Positions 7,783-16,548 of a stretch of DNA of 24,000 nt are shown one piece after another. Each line of letters begins with the position of its first letter. Position 1 is the first letter of the stretch. Position numbers and translations under genes: made by a program. The notes beneath the pieces are model-generated. The model saw only the letters and a program-made list of their open reading frames with translations. It was not told the origin of the DNA and searched no databases. The DNA comes from an uncultured beta proteobacterium (GTDB lineage Bacteria > Pseudomonadota > Gammaproteobacteria > Burkholderiales > Casimicrobiaceae), in contig CAVZQQ010000004.1 of the NCBI GenBank assembly GCA_963777455.1, positions 476,880-500,879 on the forward strand, read 5' to 3'.

Positions 7783-9156
7783 ATGCAAAAGGCGCTGTTT
7801 ATCAAAGCCGTCCTAGTTGCCATCCTTTTCTCGATCCTGCTTCTCCCTTTGTCCATGATTGGCGGCATTGTGACGGAGCGCGCTGCGCGGCAGCAGCAGG
7901 TGGCGCAGGATATCGCTGCTAGCAGTTTTGGCAAGCAAATATTTTCCGGAATCATACTGTCGCTTCCCTACGTCGAGGAATACGATGAGGAAGTAGCGGA
8001 CGGAAAGCAAAAGAGAATAGAAAAGCGGCGTATCGATCGAACCATCCGCCTGTTTCCGACCTCCAGCGAATTGAGCGGGATAGCTACCGTGGGAGAAAAG
8101 CATCGCGGTTTGTTCAAGGTGCGCATGTTTAATTGGCAGGCCAACGTGCGAGGGGATTTTATGTGGGATGGAAAGATTAGGTTCGAGCGCGCCCGCACCG
8201 ACTCGCGCATCTCTTGGGGCGCACCGATAATCAGTCTTGGTCTATCCGATTCGCGCGGCTTGGCGGGCGCACCCGCGCTCGAATTGGCGGGTCAGCGCAT
8301 CGCGCTTGAACGTGGGAGTGGCGTGCCGGGCATCACCAGCGGATTGCATGCCACGGCGACGCCCGTCGACCCGACCAAGCCACAGCGCTTGCCCTATTCG
8401 CTCGCAATCAATCTGCAGGGCACGGAGTCGCTTGGAATTGTGCCGATCGCCGACAATAACCGCGTGAACCTCAAATCCGATTGGCCGCATCCGAGTTTCG
8501 GTGGTCAGTTTCTGCCGCAACCGGACTCGCAGCAGATAAGAAAAGATGGATTTGCCGCGCAATGGACGGTGACCGCGCTTGCCTCCAACGCCCAGCAACA
8601 AGTTCAAGCCTTGTTCCATGGCGGCAAAGATGGGCTGGCATCGATCGAGCGACTTCAGGTCGGGTTCATTGAGCCGATCGACATTTATTCCATGTCTGAC
8701 CGCGCGCTCAAGTATGGCTTTCTGTTCATTGGCCTTACCTTCGGATGCTTCTTTCTATTCGAGGTGCTGAAGCGGCTTCCGATTCACCCGGCGCAGTACG
8801 CTTTGGTAGGCTTAGCCCTGGCGACTTTCTTTCTGTTACTGATCGCGCTGTCGGAACACGTCGCCTTCTGGATAGCCTATCTCAGCGCCGCAACGACCTG
8901 TATCGCGCTCCTCGGCTTTTACCTGAGCGCAGTTCTCCATGGCGTTGGTCGCGGTGTGTCATTCTCAATCATCCTGGCCGTGGTTTATAGCGCCCTGTAT
9001 GGCTTACTTGTGTCGGAGGACAACGCGCTGCTCCTGGGATCCTTATTGGTCTTCGCGCTGATCGGCACCGCGATGGGGCTGACGCGCAAAGTCAATTGGT
9101 ACGGCGTTGGCACGGACGACCGCGTGCTGGCCGCGCGGGCCTCCGGAGCAGATTGA
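7783..9156 (+). CDS. creD: Inner-membrane protein, CreD family.
   Basis: 457 aa. N-terminal TM LVAILFSILLLPLSMIGGIVTERAARQQQVAQDIAASS matches the CreD pattern (LIP..MI..L..ER..RQ..V..EIA.S). A large periplasmic middle part is followed by a C-terminal block of about 5 TM helices (YGFLFIGLTF..., HPAQYALVGLA...). Confidence 0.8.
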   Translation: MQKALFIKAVLVAILFSILLLPLSMIGGIVTERAARQQQVAQDIAASSFGKQIFSGIILSLPYVEEYDEEVADGKQKRIEKRRIDRTIRLFPTSSELSGIATVGEKHRGLFKVRMFNWQANVRGDFMWDGKIRFERARTDSRISWGAPIISLGLSDSRGLAGAPALELAGQRIALERGSGVPGITSGLHATATPVDPTKPQRLPYSLAINLQGTESLGIVPIADNNRVNLKSDWPHPSFGGQFLPQPDSQQIRKDGFAAQWTVTALASNAQQQVQALFHGGKDGLASIERLQVGFIEPIDIYSMSDRALKYGFLFIGLTFGCFFLFEVLKRLPIHPAQYALVGLALATFFLLLIALSEHVAFWIAYLSAATTCIALLGFYLSAVLHGVGRGVSFSIILAVVYSALYGLLVSEDNALLLGSLLVFALIGTAMGLTRKVNWYGVGTDDRVLAARASGAD

Positions 9157-9240
9157 ACCAAAGGATGAGGATGCTCACCCTGACAACAGGTGGCGACGTT
9201 GAGCCGAGACCGGCACCCTCGAGCTCGGTTAGTGCAGTTT

Positions 9241-9540
9241 CTACGGCTGTGGCGAGCCGTGTGGTGCGCCCGCAATTCCGAGTCGCTGCCGACGCTGTTG
9301 CGCGTCGGCTCGCTCCTGGGCTTCGCGCTTCTGCTGCTCAGCCTTGGCGCGCATCTGTGCTCGCGCACGGTCTTCTGACGTGGGGCCGCCATCGGGAGCG
9401 AGCCGCTTTACCTCGACCCCTTCCAGGCACGGCTTGTCGGAGTATTCGACCTTGCCGTTGCTCTCGCATCTGTACATCGTTTGTGCAACTGAACCCCCAG
9501 CCACCAGCAGACATACCCAGAATATCGTGTACCTGATCAT
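9241..9540 (-). CDS. DUF4124-domain secreted protein with a charged coiled-coil tail.
   Basis: I chose the start at the internal ATG 9540 (MIRYTIFWVCLLVAGGSVAQT signal peptide). The DUF4124 signature follows (MYRCESNGKVEYSDKPC), then the Arg/Gln/Glu-rich EDRARAQMRAKAEQQKREAQERADAQQRRQ. Confidence 0.7.
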   Translation of the reverse strand: MIRYTIFWVCLLVAGGSVAQTMYRCESNGKVEYSDKPCLEGVEVKRLAPDGGPTSEDRARAQMRAKAEQQKREAQERADAQQRRQRLGIAGAPHGSPQP

Positions 9541-9834
9541 CGGCGCCCCATTTGTGTTCGCCTGACGCTCCGCGGCAATCAACGACCGCCCACGGCAGGC
9601 CCGGACGATCGCAACCGGGTCAGCGCCCTGTTCCTAAACCGAGGAGCAATTACCTAGCCAGCGCCGCGTGCCGCGGCTCACTGGTCGATAACGGTCCGCC
9701 GTTCGCGCATCGTCCTACATGCGAATAGGCGTTTCGCCGATTGCTGCTGGGATTGCTATACGCGACATTTATGTTGGCGATGTTTGTGGTCATCGCAAAT
9801 GGACACTTTTCAACTGACACGCTGGAGGTTACCA

Positions 9835-10056
9835 ATGAAGGAATCGCGCACACTGTTCGCAATTGGGGTTGCGGCAGCCTTGAGTCTCCCTGCGCTTGCG
9901 GGGTGTGGTGGAATGTCGACGCGGGACCAGGACACCGCGATTGGCGCGGGTGCCGGTGCGGTAGGCGGGGCGGTACTAACCGGCGGCAGTGCCGTGGGGA
10001 CGGTCGGTGGTGCCGTGGTCGGCGGCGTCATCGGCAATCAAGTTGGTAAACACTAG
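9835..10056 (+). CDS. osmB: Osmotically inducible lipoprotein OsmB-like (glycine-zipper lipoprotein).
   Basis: MKESRTLFAIGVAAALSLPALAGC (lipobox LAGC), then RDQDTAIGAGAGAVGGAVLTGGSAVGTVGGAVVGGVIGNQVGKH. This is nearly collinear with E. coli OsmB as I remember it (RDRNTAIGAGAGALGGAVLT..GGVIGHQVGK). GGAGG lies 6 nt upstream of ATG 9835. Confidence 0.85.
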   Translation: MKESRTLFAIGVAAALSLPALAGCGGMSTRDQDTAIGAGAGAVGGAVLTGGSAVGTVGGAVVGGVIGNQVGKH

Positions 10057-10403
10057 CTAAAGCCCCGAGACCTCCAGTTCAAGTACACGGTCTGAGGACC
10101 GCGTTCGGGGCTTGGTAGCGACTGCGTACTGCCAGTCTTGCGGCCGGAAGTCCCCGTTAGTCCTCCCGCGCAGCCTACCTAGTCGAGGGGGCACGAACGG
10201 AGCACAAAGCTGCTGGGGCCCCCGTACCGAGTACTTGGCCGCAGTCACCGACTTACACCGTCTGCGGTGCCTCCCTGGCTAGAATTTCACCACTCTAGCC
10301 GGGTGTCCAGCTTGAGAATCGGATCTTCCCGGAGAGTACGCGGTGTTTCCACGCCGCGCAGGACGAACTGCACACGCGACGCGGAGCTGTCTGGGGCGCT
10401 GAA

Positions 10404-12752
10404 TCAGAACAGCTGGCTCTTTACACGTTCGGCCGATTTCTCGGCGCTGTCCGGCTTGACAGACTGATCTGATGGGGGCGGCGAAGGAATATCCTCTTGG
10501 TACACGTAATCGCCCATTCCCCCTTGCCCTCCTTGCCCGCTTTCGAGAATCTGGCCACTGGCCGAATTGATTGGTACCCGAACAACACCATCAGGGATCG
10601 ACAACGGAGTCTCTGGTTTTCCTTTGAGCACCGTCCCGATGTAGTTCATCCAGATCGGTAGTGCGGCCCGCGCGCCGACTTCGCCCTTTCCAAGCGACCG
10701 GGGCTGGTCAAAGCCGATCCAAGCGACTGCTACCAATTGTTGGTTGAACCCATCGAACCAAGCGTCGGTGAAATCGCTGGTTGTGCCAGTCTTGCCGGCA
10801 AGGTCGTGGCGGCCTAGTTGCATCGCGCGCGCTGCGGTCCCGCGTCTGATGACGTCTTGCATGATGTCGGTCATGATGAATGCATTGCGGACATCAATTA
10901 CTCTTTCGGCATCTTCACCGGCGCGCGCTGGTTCGGTTTCCTGCACTACGCCGCCGTCTCGGTTAACGATGCGCTCGATGAAGTAAGGGGTGATGCGATA
11001 GCCCGTATTGGCAAAGATCGAGTACGCTTGGGCCATCTGCAGGGGGGTGACCGAACCCACCCCGAGCACCATGGTCAGGTAAGGCGGCACCTGATCGGCG
11101 GAAAAACCAAAGCGGGTCGCATAATCCCGCGCATACGGGATCCCGATAGACTGCAGAATGCGGGCCGACGCGACGTTTCTCGACTTGACCAGGGCCGTGC
11201 GCATGCTGATGGGGCCAAGGAAATCATGTTCGTAATTGCCCGGTGTCCACGGCTTCCAACCCGTTTCCTCCGAGTCAAAGGTTATGGGTGTATCGGCAAT
11301 GATCGTGCCGGGCGTAAACCCCTTTTCCAACGCGGCCGAATAGATGAAAGGCTTGAAGCTCGAACCTGGCTGACGAAGGGCCTGGGTCACATGATTGAAC
11401 TTGTTGCGGTCAAAGTCGAAGCCGCCGACCAGTGCATGGAGCGCTCCGTCGCGTGGATCAATCGAGACCAGCGCCGCTTCCACTTCCGGCAGTTGCGAAA
11501 TCTGCCAGAGCCCCTTGGCGTCCCGCTCAACCCGGATTAAGGAGCCTCGCAGCAGGCGCTGCTTTGGCGCGGCTTTCGCGCTCAGTGCCCGTTGCGCGAA
11601 TTTGAGACCCTCGCCACGAACGTCGATGCGCTCGCCGCCCTTGAGATAGACCTTGACCGCCGTCGGGGTTGCTTCGAGCACCACGCCAGGCTTTAACCCG
11701 TTGACCTCGTGCTCGTCGTCCAATGCGTCTCGCAGGGCGTCATCGAGCGCTGCCTGATCGAAGGGCAATTCGACGAAGCCCTCAGGACCGCGATAGCCGT
11801 GGCGTCGGTCATAGTCTAAGACGCCTTGGCGAACCGCCTGGTCAGCGGCGAGCTGGTCCTCAGCACGAATCGTGGTGTACACATTCAATCCCTCGGAGTA
11901 ACCCGCCTCCTGGTAACGCTCGAAGATCGCCTGGCGCGCCATTTCCGCTACATAGTCCGCATTCACCGCAAAGTTATGGCGGTCGCCACGCACCTTCAGG
12001 GGCTCCTGTCGTGCCGCCCGGTATTCGTCGTCCGAGATGTACTTGAGGTCATGCATTCGCCGCAGGACGTATCCCCGGCGCTCGGTCGCACGCTCCGGCG
12101 AGACCACCGGATTGTCATGGGCGGGCGCTTTCGGGAGCGCGGCAAGAACTGCCATTTCCGCCAAGCTCAGCTTGTCGAGAGGCTTGCCGAAGTAGACTTC
12201 GGCCGCGGCAGCGAAGCCGTAGGCGCGCTCCCCGAGGTAAATCTGGTTAACATAGAGTTCCAGAATCTGATCCTTGCTGAGGGTGCTCTCGATCTTCAGC
12301 GCCAGCAGTGCCTCGTTGAACTTCCGCCTAAAGGTCTTTTCCCGACCCAGAAAAAAATTTCGCGCCACCTGCATGGTGATCGTGCTCGCCCCCTGCACCT
12401 CGCCGCCACCCGCAATGTCGGCCCAGGCAGCCCGCAGGACACCGGCGTAATCGATGCCCCCATGCTGATAGAAGCGGTCATCTTCAGCAGCCAAAATTGC
12501 CTGACGCAGCTTTTGCGGCACGGTGCCGATCTTTACTGTAGTGCGCCGCTCTTCGCCGAACTCGCCGATTAGCACGCCGTCGGCTGTGAATACGCGCAGT
12601 GGTAATCGCGGCTGGTAGTTGGTCACACGATCGAGGGACGGCAGACTCGGAAAGATCAGGATCACAGCAAACAGTGCGGCTAGGCCCACAACCACCCCGA
12701 GGCCCACCAAGACGGCCACGCCATATCCGAGGCGCGCGAGCATTGGGTTCAT
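10404..12752 (-). CDS. mrcA: Penicillin-binding protein 1A (bifunctional glycosyltransferase/transpeptidase).
   Basis: 782 aa and intact. GT51 motifs: AAEDDRFYQHGGIDY, GASTITMQVARN, RRKFNEALLALKIE. Transpeptidase motifs: SSFKP (SxxK), KSRN (SxN), GKTGTT (KTG). N-terminal membrane anchor. Confidence 0.95.
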   Translation of the reverse strand: MNPMLARLGYGVAVLVGLGVVVGLAALFAVILIFPSLPSLDRVTNYQPRLPLRVFTADGVLIGEFGEERRTTVKIGTVPQKLRQAILAAEDDRFYQHGGIDYAGVLRAAWADIAGGGEVQGASTITMQVARNFFLGREKTFRRKFNEALLALKIESTLSKDQILELYVNQIYLGERAYGFAAAAEVYFGKPLDKLSLAEMAVLAALPKAPAHDNPVVSPERATERRGYVLRRMHDLKYISDDEYRAARQEPLKVRGDRHNFAVNADYVAEMARQAIFERYQEAGYSEGLNVYTTIRAEDQLAADQAVRQGVLDYDRRHGYRGPEGFVELPFDQAALDDALRDALDDEHEVNGLKPGVVLEATPTAVKVYLKGGERIDVRGEGLKFAQRALSAKAAPKQRLLRGSLIRVERDAKGLWQISQLPEVEAALVSIDPRDGALHALVGGFDFDRNKFNHVTQALRQPGSSFKPFIYSAALEKGFTPGTIIADTPITFDSEETGWKPWTPGNYEHDFLGPISMRTALVKSRNVASARILQSIGIPYARDYATRFGFSADQVPPYLTMVLGVGSVTPLQMAQAYSIFANTGYRITPYFIERIVNRDGGVVQETEPARAGEDAERVIDVRNAFIMTDIMQDVIRRGTAARAMQLGRHDLAGKTGTTSDFTDAWFDGFNQQLVAVAWIGFDQPRSLGKGEVGARAALPIWMNYIGTVLKGKPETPLSIPDGVVRVPINSASGQILESGQGGQGGMGDYVYQEDIPSPPPSDQSVKPDSAEKSAERVKSQLF

Positions 12753-12869
12753 CAGCCGCCGATCGAGCCAAGGTACTGTGCCGGCTCGCGCAATCGGATC
12801 GAGTTACCGACGGCGCGTATCGAGCTGGCGCACCAGAAGGGCTCGAGCATGAGAGTCTGGGATCGGCCT

Positions 12870-14999
12870 CTAGTCTGCGGTGTGTTGCAATCCGACGACC
12901 TCTCGCTTGTCGGCATCGATGGTGAAGCCGACGTGATCGCCAGGATTGAACCCCAAGAGCAACTCCGCCGGCGCAACGAGGTAGCTCATGGTCATCGCCG
13001 CCATGAACCCTGGAATCTCCTTGTGCGCGATGATGATGCGCCCGGCGCGGCGATCCACGGCTTTGAGAGTGCCGGAGCCCCGGAACAGGTGGGCCGTAGG
13101 CGCTGTCCCTCCGTTACCGACACCGCTACGCGGCTGTTTCTCCACGGGCGCAGCGGCGGTGTCCGTGCCCGAAGCGCCGTTTTCAAGCGCCGTGACCATA
13201 GCCTCGGTTCCGGGGCTGCCGTGCCCGACGACGATCAGCCCGTGCATGCCCATCTGTTCATGCGTAGGCACATGGCAATGGAACTCGAGCGTCACGTCGT
13301 GATCGGGCGTGACGAACCGGCCGATTGTCGTTCCCGGCCCGCGGAAATCCAGCATAAACATCGGATCGAGCCCCGGGATCATCAGGTCGTGTCGGATCTC
13401 GTCGCTATTCTCGAGCACGACCTCGACGGTCTGGCACGGCTCGGCATGGATCACGCGCGGCTCGAAGCCGTAGACTTGGCCCGCGCCGGCGGCGCCGGTT
13501 CCCTCCCTGATCCGCACGCTAAGCGTACTCCTCGGCTCCTTGCAGGAGGTCGCCACGACCTTGTGGGTCTCCATTGGATCGGGCTGTCGCTGCTCGTCGC
13601 CTGTCGCGTCGCGAACCGGGAAGGGAGGATCGCCAGGCTCGTCACGCATCGCAGCCATCTGCTCGTGATAGATCGACGGATCGAATACCGGCACCTTGCC
13701 CTGGTAGTACGCCGGATCGAAGAATCGCTTCAGGTTCGTCGCTACCTTGGGTAGTCCGTCCGCGTCCTTGAACCCGTCGTAGACAATCACGGTTGCATCG
13801 CCGCCGGGACTTATGCCGTGGTTGGTCGCCGCACGTTCCGTATGGTCGTGCATCAGCCAGACGCCGGGTCCCGACGCATAGGTGCTGTCGCTGCCGGGGC
13901 GCAGCTCGAGGTCGGCGCGCTGCGCGGGTCCGATCGTCACAACGTCTCGCATCACGCGGGCGGCCTCCGGCACCGCATAGCCGTCGAGGGCGGTAACGAT
14001 GAAATGGTGGCCATGCGTGTGCAGGTTGATCGTGCTCTCGCCGGCATTGAGCACGCGCAGCAGCACACGGTCGCCCGCAGCCACTTCGATCGGGGTATCG
14101 CGCAGGGTGAACGGAAAGGAGCGGCCGTTGAGCAGAAAGACGTCTGGACGGCGTTGCGTGATGTCATAGTCGCGGTGCATCGCTCTCTCGATCTGCATCG
14201 GGTCTTTGTAGAGCGTGGGTATCCGATGCAGCCGGTCATCGACGTCCTGGTAGACCAGCGAGTACTCGCGCGTATAACCCTCCTCCCGCTCCGCCGCGGC
14301 GAGGTCCGGAATGCGTCCGGCGCCGACGATAAGATGGCGGAAATAGTTGTGCGGGCGGTTCGGTTCGACGATCAGCATCCCAGCGAGCCCCATGAGGATA
14401 TGCACGTCCGGTTGCACGTGGCAGTGATAGAAGAAGGTCCCGGGGTGCTGCGCCACGAACTCGTAGGTGAACGACTTGCCGGGCATGACTGCCGTCTGGG
14501 TGATATCAGGTACACCATCCATGGCGTTGGGATGGATGGTGCCGTGCAAGTGGATCGTGTGCGGAAAGTAGTGCGTGTTCTCCAGGATGATCTTGACGTG
14601 GTCGCCCTCTTCCACCCGGATGGTGGGGCTCGGTGCGCGCGCGAGGGAGACCATGCCGTCGCCAGGCGGCGAGAACACCCAGAAGGTAACGAATTTTCCG
14701 GGATAGACTTCCTGTTGAATCTCGTCGACTTCCAGTCGGATCGTGACCTCATCGGCGTCGCCGTCGCCGTCCAGATCACGCCCGAGCACGACCGCATCCG
14801 GCGCTGCGCCTGGAATGACCTCGCGACACATGGTCCGGCGATCTGCGTCGCAGGCCGGCAGGCCCGCTGCACTATCCTCTTGGCCCACAATAGACAGGGC
14901 GCCGAAAGCGTTTGGCACCACCGAGCCCGAGACCAGCGCAACCGCAAGTGCCGTGGCGGCCAGCAGCCCGCTCATGCCGCTGTGGCTCGGAGGTTTCAT
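12870..14999 (-). CDS. Secreted four-module copper protein: two-domain multicopper oxidase + additional type-1 cupredoxin domain + C-terminal CusF-like domain.
   Basis: 709 aa, intact, with a Sec signal (LLAATALAVALVSGSVVPNAFGA). Domain 1 (aa ~85-212): HTIHLHG and YHCHVQPDVHILM. Domain 2 (aa ~285-410): NLHTHGHH and WLMHDH. Domain 3 (aa ~485-595): IRHDL ... FHCHVPTHEQMGM. C-terminus (aa ~638-705): GSGTLKAVDRRAGRIIIAHKEIPGFMAAMTMSYLV..GDHVGF, which resembles CusF-type Cu(I)-binding domains. Confidence 0.85.
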   Translation of the reverse strand: MKPPSHSGMSGLLAATALAVALVSGSVVPNAFGALSIVGQEDSAAGLPACDADRRTMCREVIPGAAPDAVVLGRDLDGDGDADEVTIRLEVDEIQQEVYPGKFVTFWVFSPPGDGMVSLARAPSPTIRVEEGDHVKIILENTHYFPHTIHLHGTIHPNAMDGVPDITQTAVMPGKSFTYEFVAQHPGTFFYHCHVQPDVHILMGLAGMLIVEPNRPHNYFRHLIVGAGRIPDLAAAEREEGYTREYSLVYQDVDDRLHRIPTLYKDPMQIERAMHRDYDITQRRPDVFLLNGRSFPFTLRDTPIEVAAGDRVLLRVLNAGESTINLHTHGHHFIVTALDGYAVPEAARVMRDVVTIGPAQRADLELRPGSDSTYASGPGVWLMHDHTERAATNHGISPGGDATVIVYDGFKDADGLPKVATNLKRFFDPAYYQGKVPVFDPSIYHEQMAAMRDEPGDPPFPVRDATGDEQRQPDPMETHKVVATSCKEPRSTLSVRIREGTGAAGAGQVYGFEPRVIHAEPCQTVEVVLENSDEIRHDLMIPGLDPMFMLDFRGPGTTIGRFVTPDHDVTLEFHCHVPTHEQMGMHGLIVVGHGSPGTEAMVTALENGASGTDTAAAPVEKQPRSGVGNGGTAPTAHLFRGSGTLKAVDRRAGRIIIAHKEIPGFMAAMTMSYLVAPAELLLGFNPGDHVGFTIDADKREVVGLQHTAD

Positions 15000-15027
15000 T
15001 CGTAGTCCGACGTTCCTAATACGAACA

Positions 15028-15471
15028 TCATTGTCTGCTTGGCATGCCGTTCATGTTCTGCATTCTGGCCGCGCCGCTCTTCGGCTTTGCGGTGGATTCG
15101 CCCGTCGGCATCTGCTTCATACCGCCGCTCACCAATTGCATGTAATGGAAGTGCAGGATGTCAGCAGCCGTGGCATAGCCGTCGGCAGAATCGGCCCGAG
15201 CGATGCCCCGTGCCAGCGCATAAGGGCTGGCCGACTTGGCGCAGTCACGCCGCGCCCGCTTTAGCAAACTCTCGGCCTCGCTAACGAGTGCGTGGACCTG
15301 ACTTAGCTCGTCCTTCGCCATCATCGTGTCCATGCCCTGAAGGTCTCCGGTTATCTTGTCGATCGATCGTTGCGCCCTGGCAATGGGCGTCGAGCAATCG
15401 ATCGGCTGCTCTGCCGCCGCGGTGCCGGCCATGACAAAAACGGACATTACGAAAAGAAGCAGGGAACGCAC
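15028..15471 (-). CDS. Secreted helical protein with a Met/His-rich C-terminal tail (function unknown; possible copper accessory protein).
   Basis: GTG start at 15471 with a strong GGAGGAGG 5 nt upstream. Signal peptide MRSLLLFVMSVFVMAGTAAA. Two Cys residues (DCSTP, RDCAKS). Tail: HFHYMQLVSGGMKQMPTGE..ARMQNMNGMP. It lies 28 nt upstream of the copper-oxidase gene on the same strand. Confidence 0.6.
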   Translation of the reverse strand: MRSLLLFVMSVFVMAGTAAAEQPIDCSTPIARAQRSIDKITGDLQGMDTMMAKDELSQVHALVSEAESLLKRARRDCAKSASPYALARGIARADSADGYATAADILHFHYMQLVSGGMKQMPTGESTAKPKSGAARMQNMNGMPSRQ

Positions 15472-15657
15472 TCGAGCCTCCTCCAGGGAGATGATTAGAA
15501 CTCTATGGTGCTTCGTTGCACGGCATCATTGTGCGAAATGACTCGCCCTGCTGGGGACCATAGCGATGGCCGCCCATCTTCTGATGATTCGCACTGACGT
15601 GCTGAGTGTACCGGCAACACAAACTGGCCTGCGGCGCGAGGGATTAGGTGCGGTAGT

Positions 15658-16167
15658 TCACTCAACCCAGCCACCCCAGAAGAGCGATGGAGGCGACTTC
15701 TCCAGCCAACTGGACGGATAACGGACTGTACCGGGGAGGACACGACTCCAAGCAGCGGCAATCAGGGCCAGGATCAAGACGCCCAAGCCAACCGGGTCCA
15801 AGACGGCAGACAGGCTTGCATGGGCGTGAACCATGATCAAGGGGTTGGCCCCGGCAGGGGGATGAACTGTCTTGGTCGCAAGCATGACAATGAGAGACAA
15901 CACGGTCGCGAGCAGGTAAACCCAAGTAGCATCCCCAAAGGCTTGGAAACAGAGAACGCCCATGAGCGCGCCACTGAGGTGGCCACCAAATAACGCGCGT
16001 GGCTGGGCCGCTGGTGCACGAGTAAGCCCGAATAGGAAGACGGCGGTTCCTCCCAATGATGCGAGCAATAGCGGGGATGAGGGTGGGTCGACCAGCCAGA
16101 ACACCAAACCGAGGCTTGCCGCCGCACCGGCCGCACACCAGGCGAGACGCGCAAGTGCTCTTGCCAT
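15658..16167 (-). CDS. HPP-family integral membrane protein.
   Basis: PLLLASLGGTAVFLFGLTRAPAAQPRALFGGHLSGALMG and TKTVHPPAGANPL (the family-defining HPPAGA motif). I chose ATG 16167 (MARALARLAW) because AGGAGA lies 9 nt upstream; the ORF-track start at 16206 is the alternative. Confidence 0.8.
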   Translation of the reverse strand: MARALARLAWCAAGAAASLGLVFWLVDPPSSPLLLASLGGTAVFLFGLTRAPAAQPRALFGGHLSGALMGVLCFQAFGDATWVYLLATVLSLIVMLATKTVHPPAGANPLIMVHAHASLSAVLDPVGLGVLILALIAAAWSRVLPGTVRYPSSWLEKSPPSLFWGGWVE

Positions 16168-16198
16168 GAATCGAAGTCTCCTGGTGCGGGGGAGGCTG

Positions 16199-16216
16199 TC
16201 GAGCATATATGCTCTC
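16199..16216. promoter_or_regulatory. Perfect 18-bp palindrome TCGAGCATATATGCTCGA in the HPP/marR divergent intergenic region (candidate operator).
   Basis: I verified by hand that it is its own reverse complement. Its near edge is 31 nt upstream of the HPP ATG, and the AT-rich centre could double as a -10 element. Confidence 0.5.
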
Positions 16217-16548
16217 GATTCCAGCTCTGCTTATGGGCGCATGACAGATTATCGCGGCGGGTTCGAGACTCTTTGACCGTCCAGCTGCCACGTGAGCTTT
16301 AGCAAAGGCGCTTCATCGACTGGGACGTGGGCAGTTCATCCACTGGGTTGACCCCCGATTCGACTGTGCTTCTGCGCTGCGCGCCCGGAGAGCGGTACAA
16401 AAGCTCTCGCTCCTGCCATGCGCTCAGCATGGCTGAATCGTACACCGGACCCCCTGTCGCCGACGCTCCAATTTCAGCTACACTGTTTTGGGACAAAGTG
16501 ATTTCCACGTCCGCTGCAATATCACCAAACACCACTCAGCGCAAGCGA

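Noticed and set aside
10744-12572. Plus-strand ORFs of 80-248 aa inside the mrcA region (10818-11540, 11826-12572 and others).
   Set aside because: They are antisense shadow ORFs of PBP1A, which carries every expected catalytic motif in the minus frame.
12849-15005. Long plus-strand ORFs (12849-13754, 301 aa; 13818-15005, 395 aa).
   Set aside because: They are antisense to the intact 709-aa copper-oxidase gene, whose motifs are unambiguous. The plus-strand translations are Arg/His/Asp-rich with no domain signatures.
15662-16291. 209-aa alternative-frame minus-strand ORF overlapping the HPP gene.
   Set aside because: The HPP frame carries the HPPAGA family motif and TM helices. The alternative frame is Arg/Pro/Gly-rich with no features.
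16299-16535. 78-aa minus-strand ORF in the HPP/marR intergenic region, with a fairly protein-like composition.
   Set aside because: It has a GTG-GTG start without an RBS, its third-position GC is clearly lower than in the real genes here, it has no recognisable motif, and it overlaps the likely marR promoter region. It is not supportable as a gene, but ribosome profiling could revisit it.
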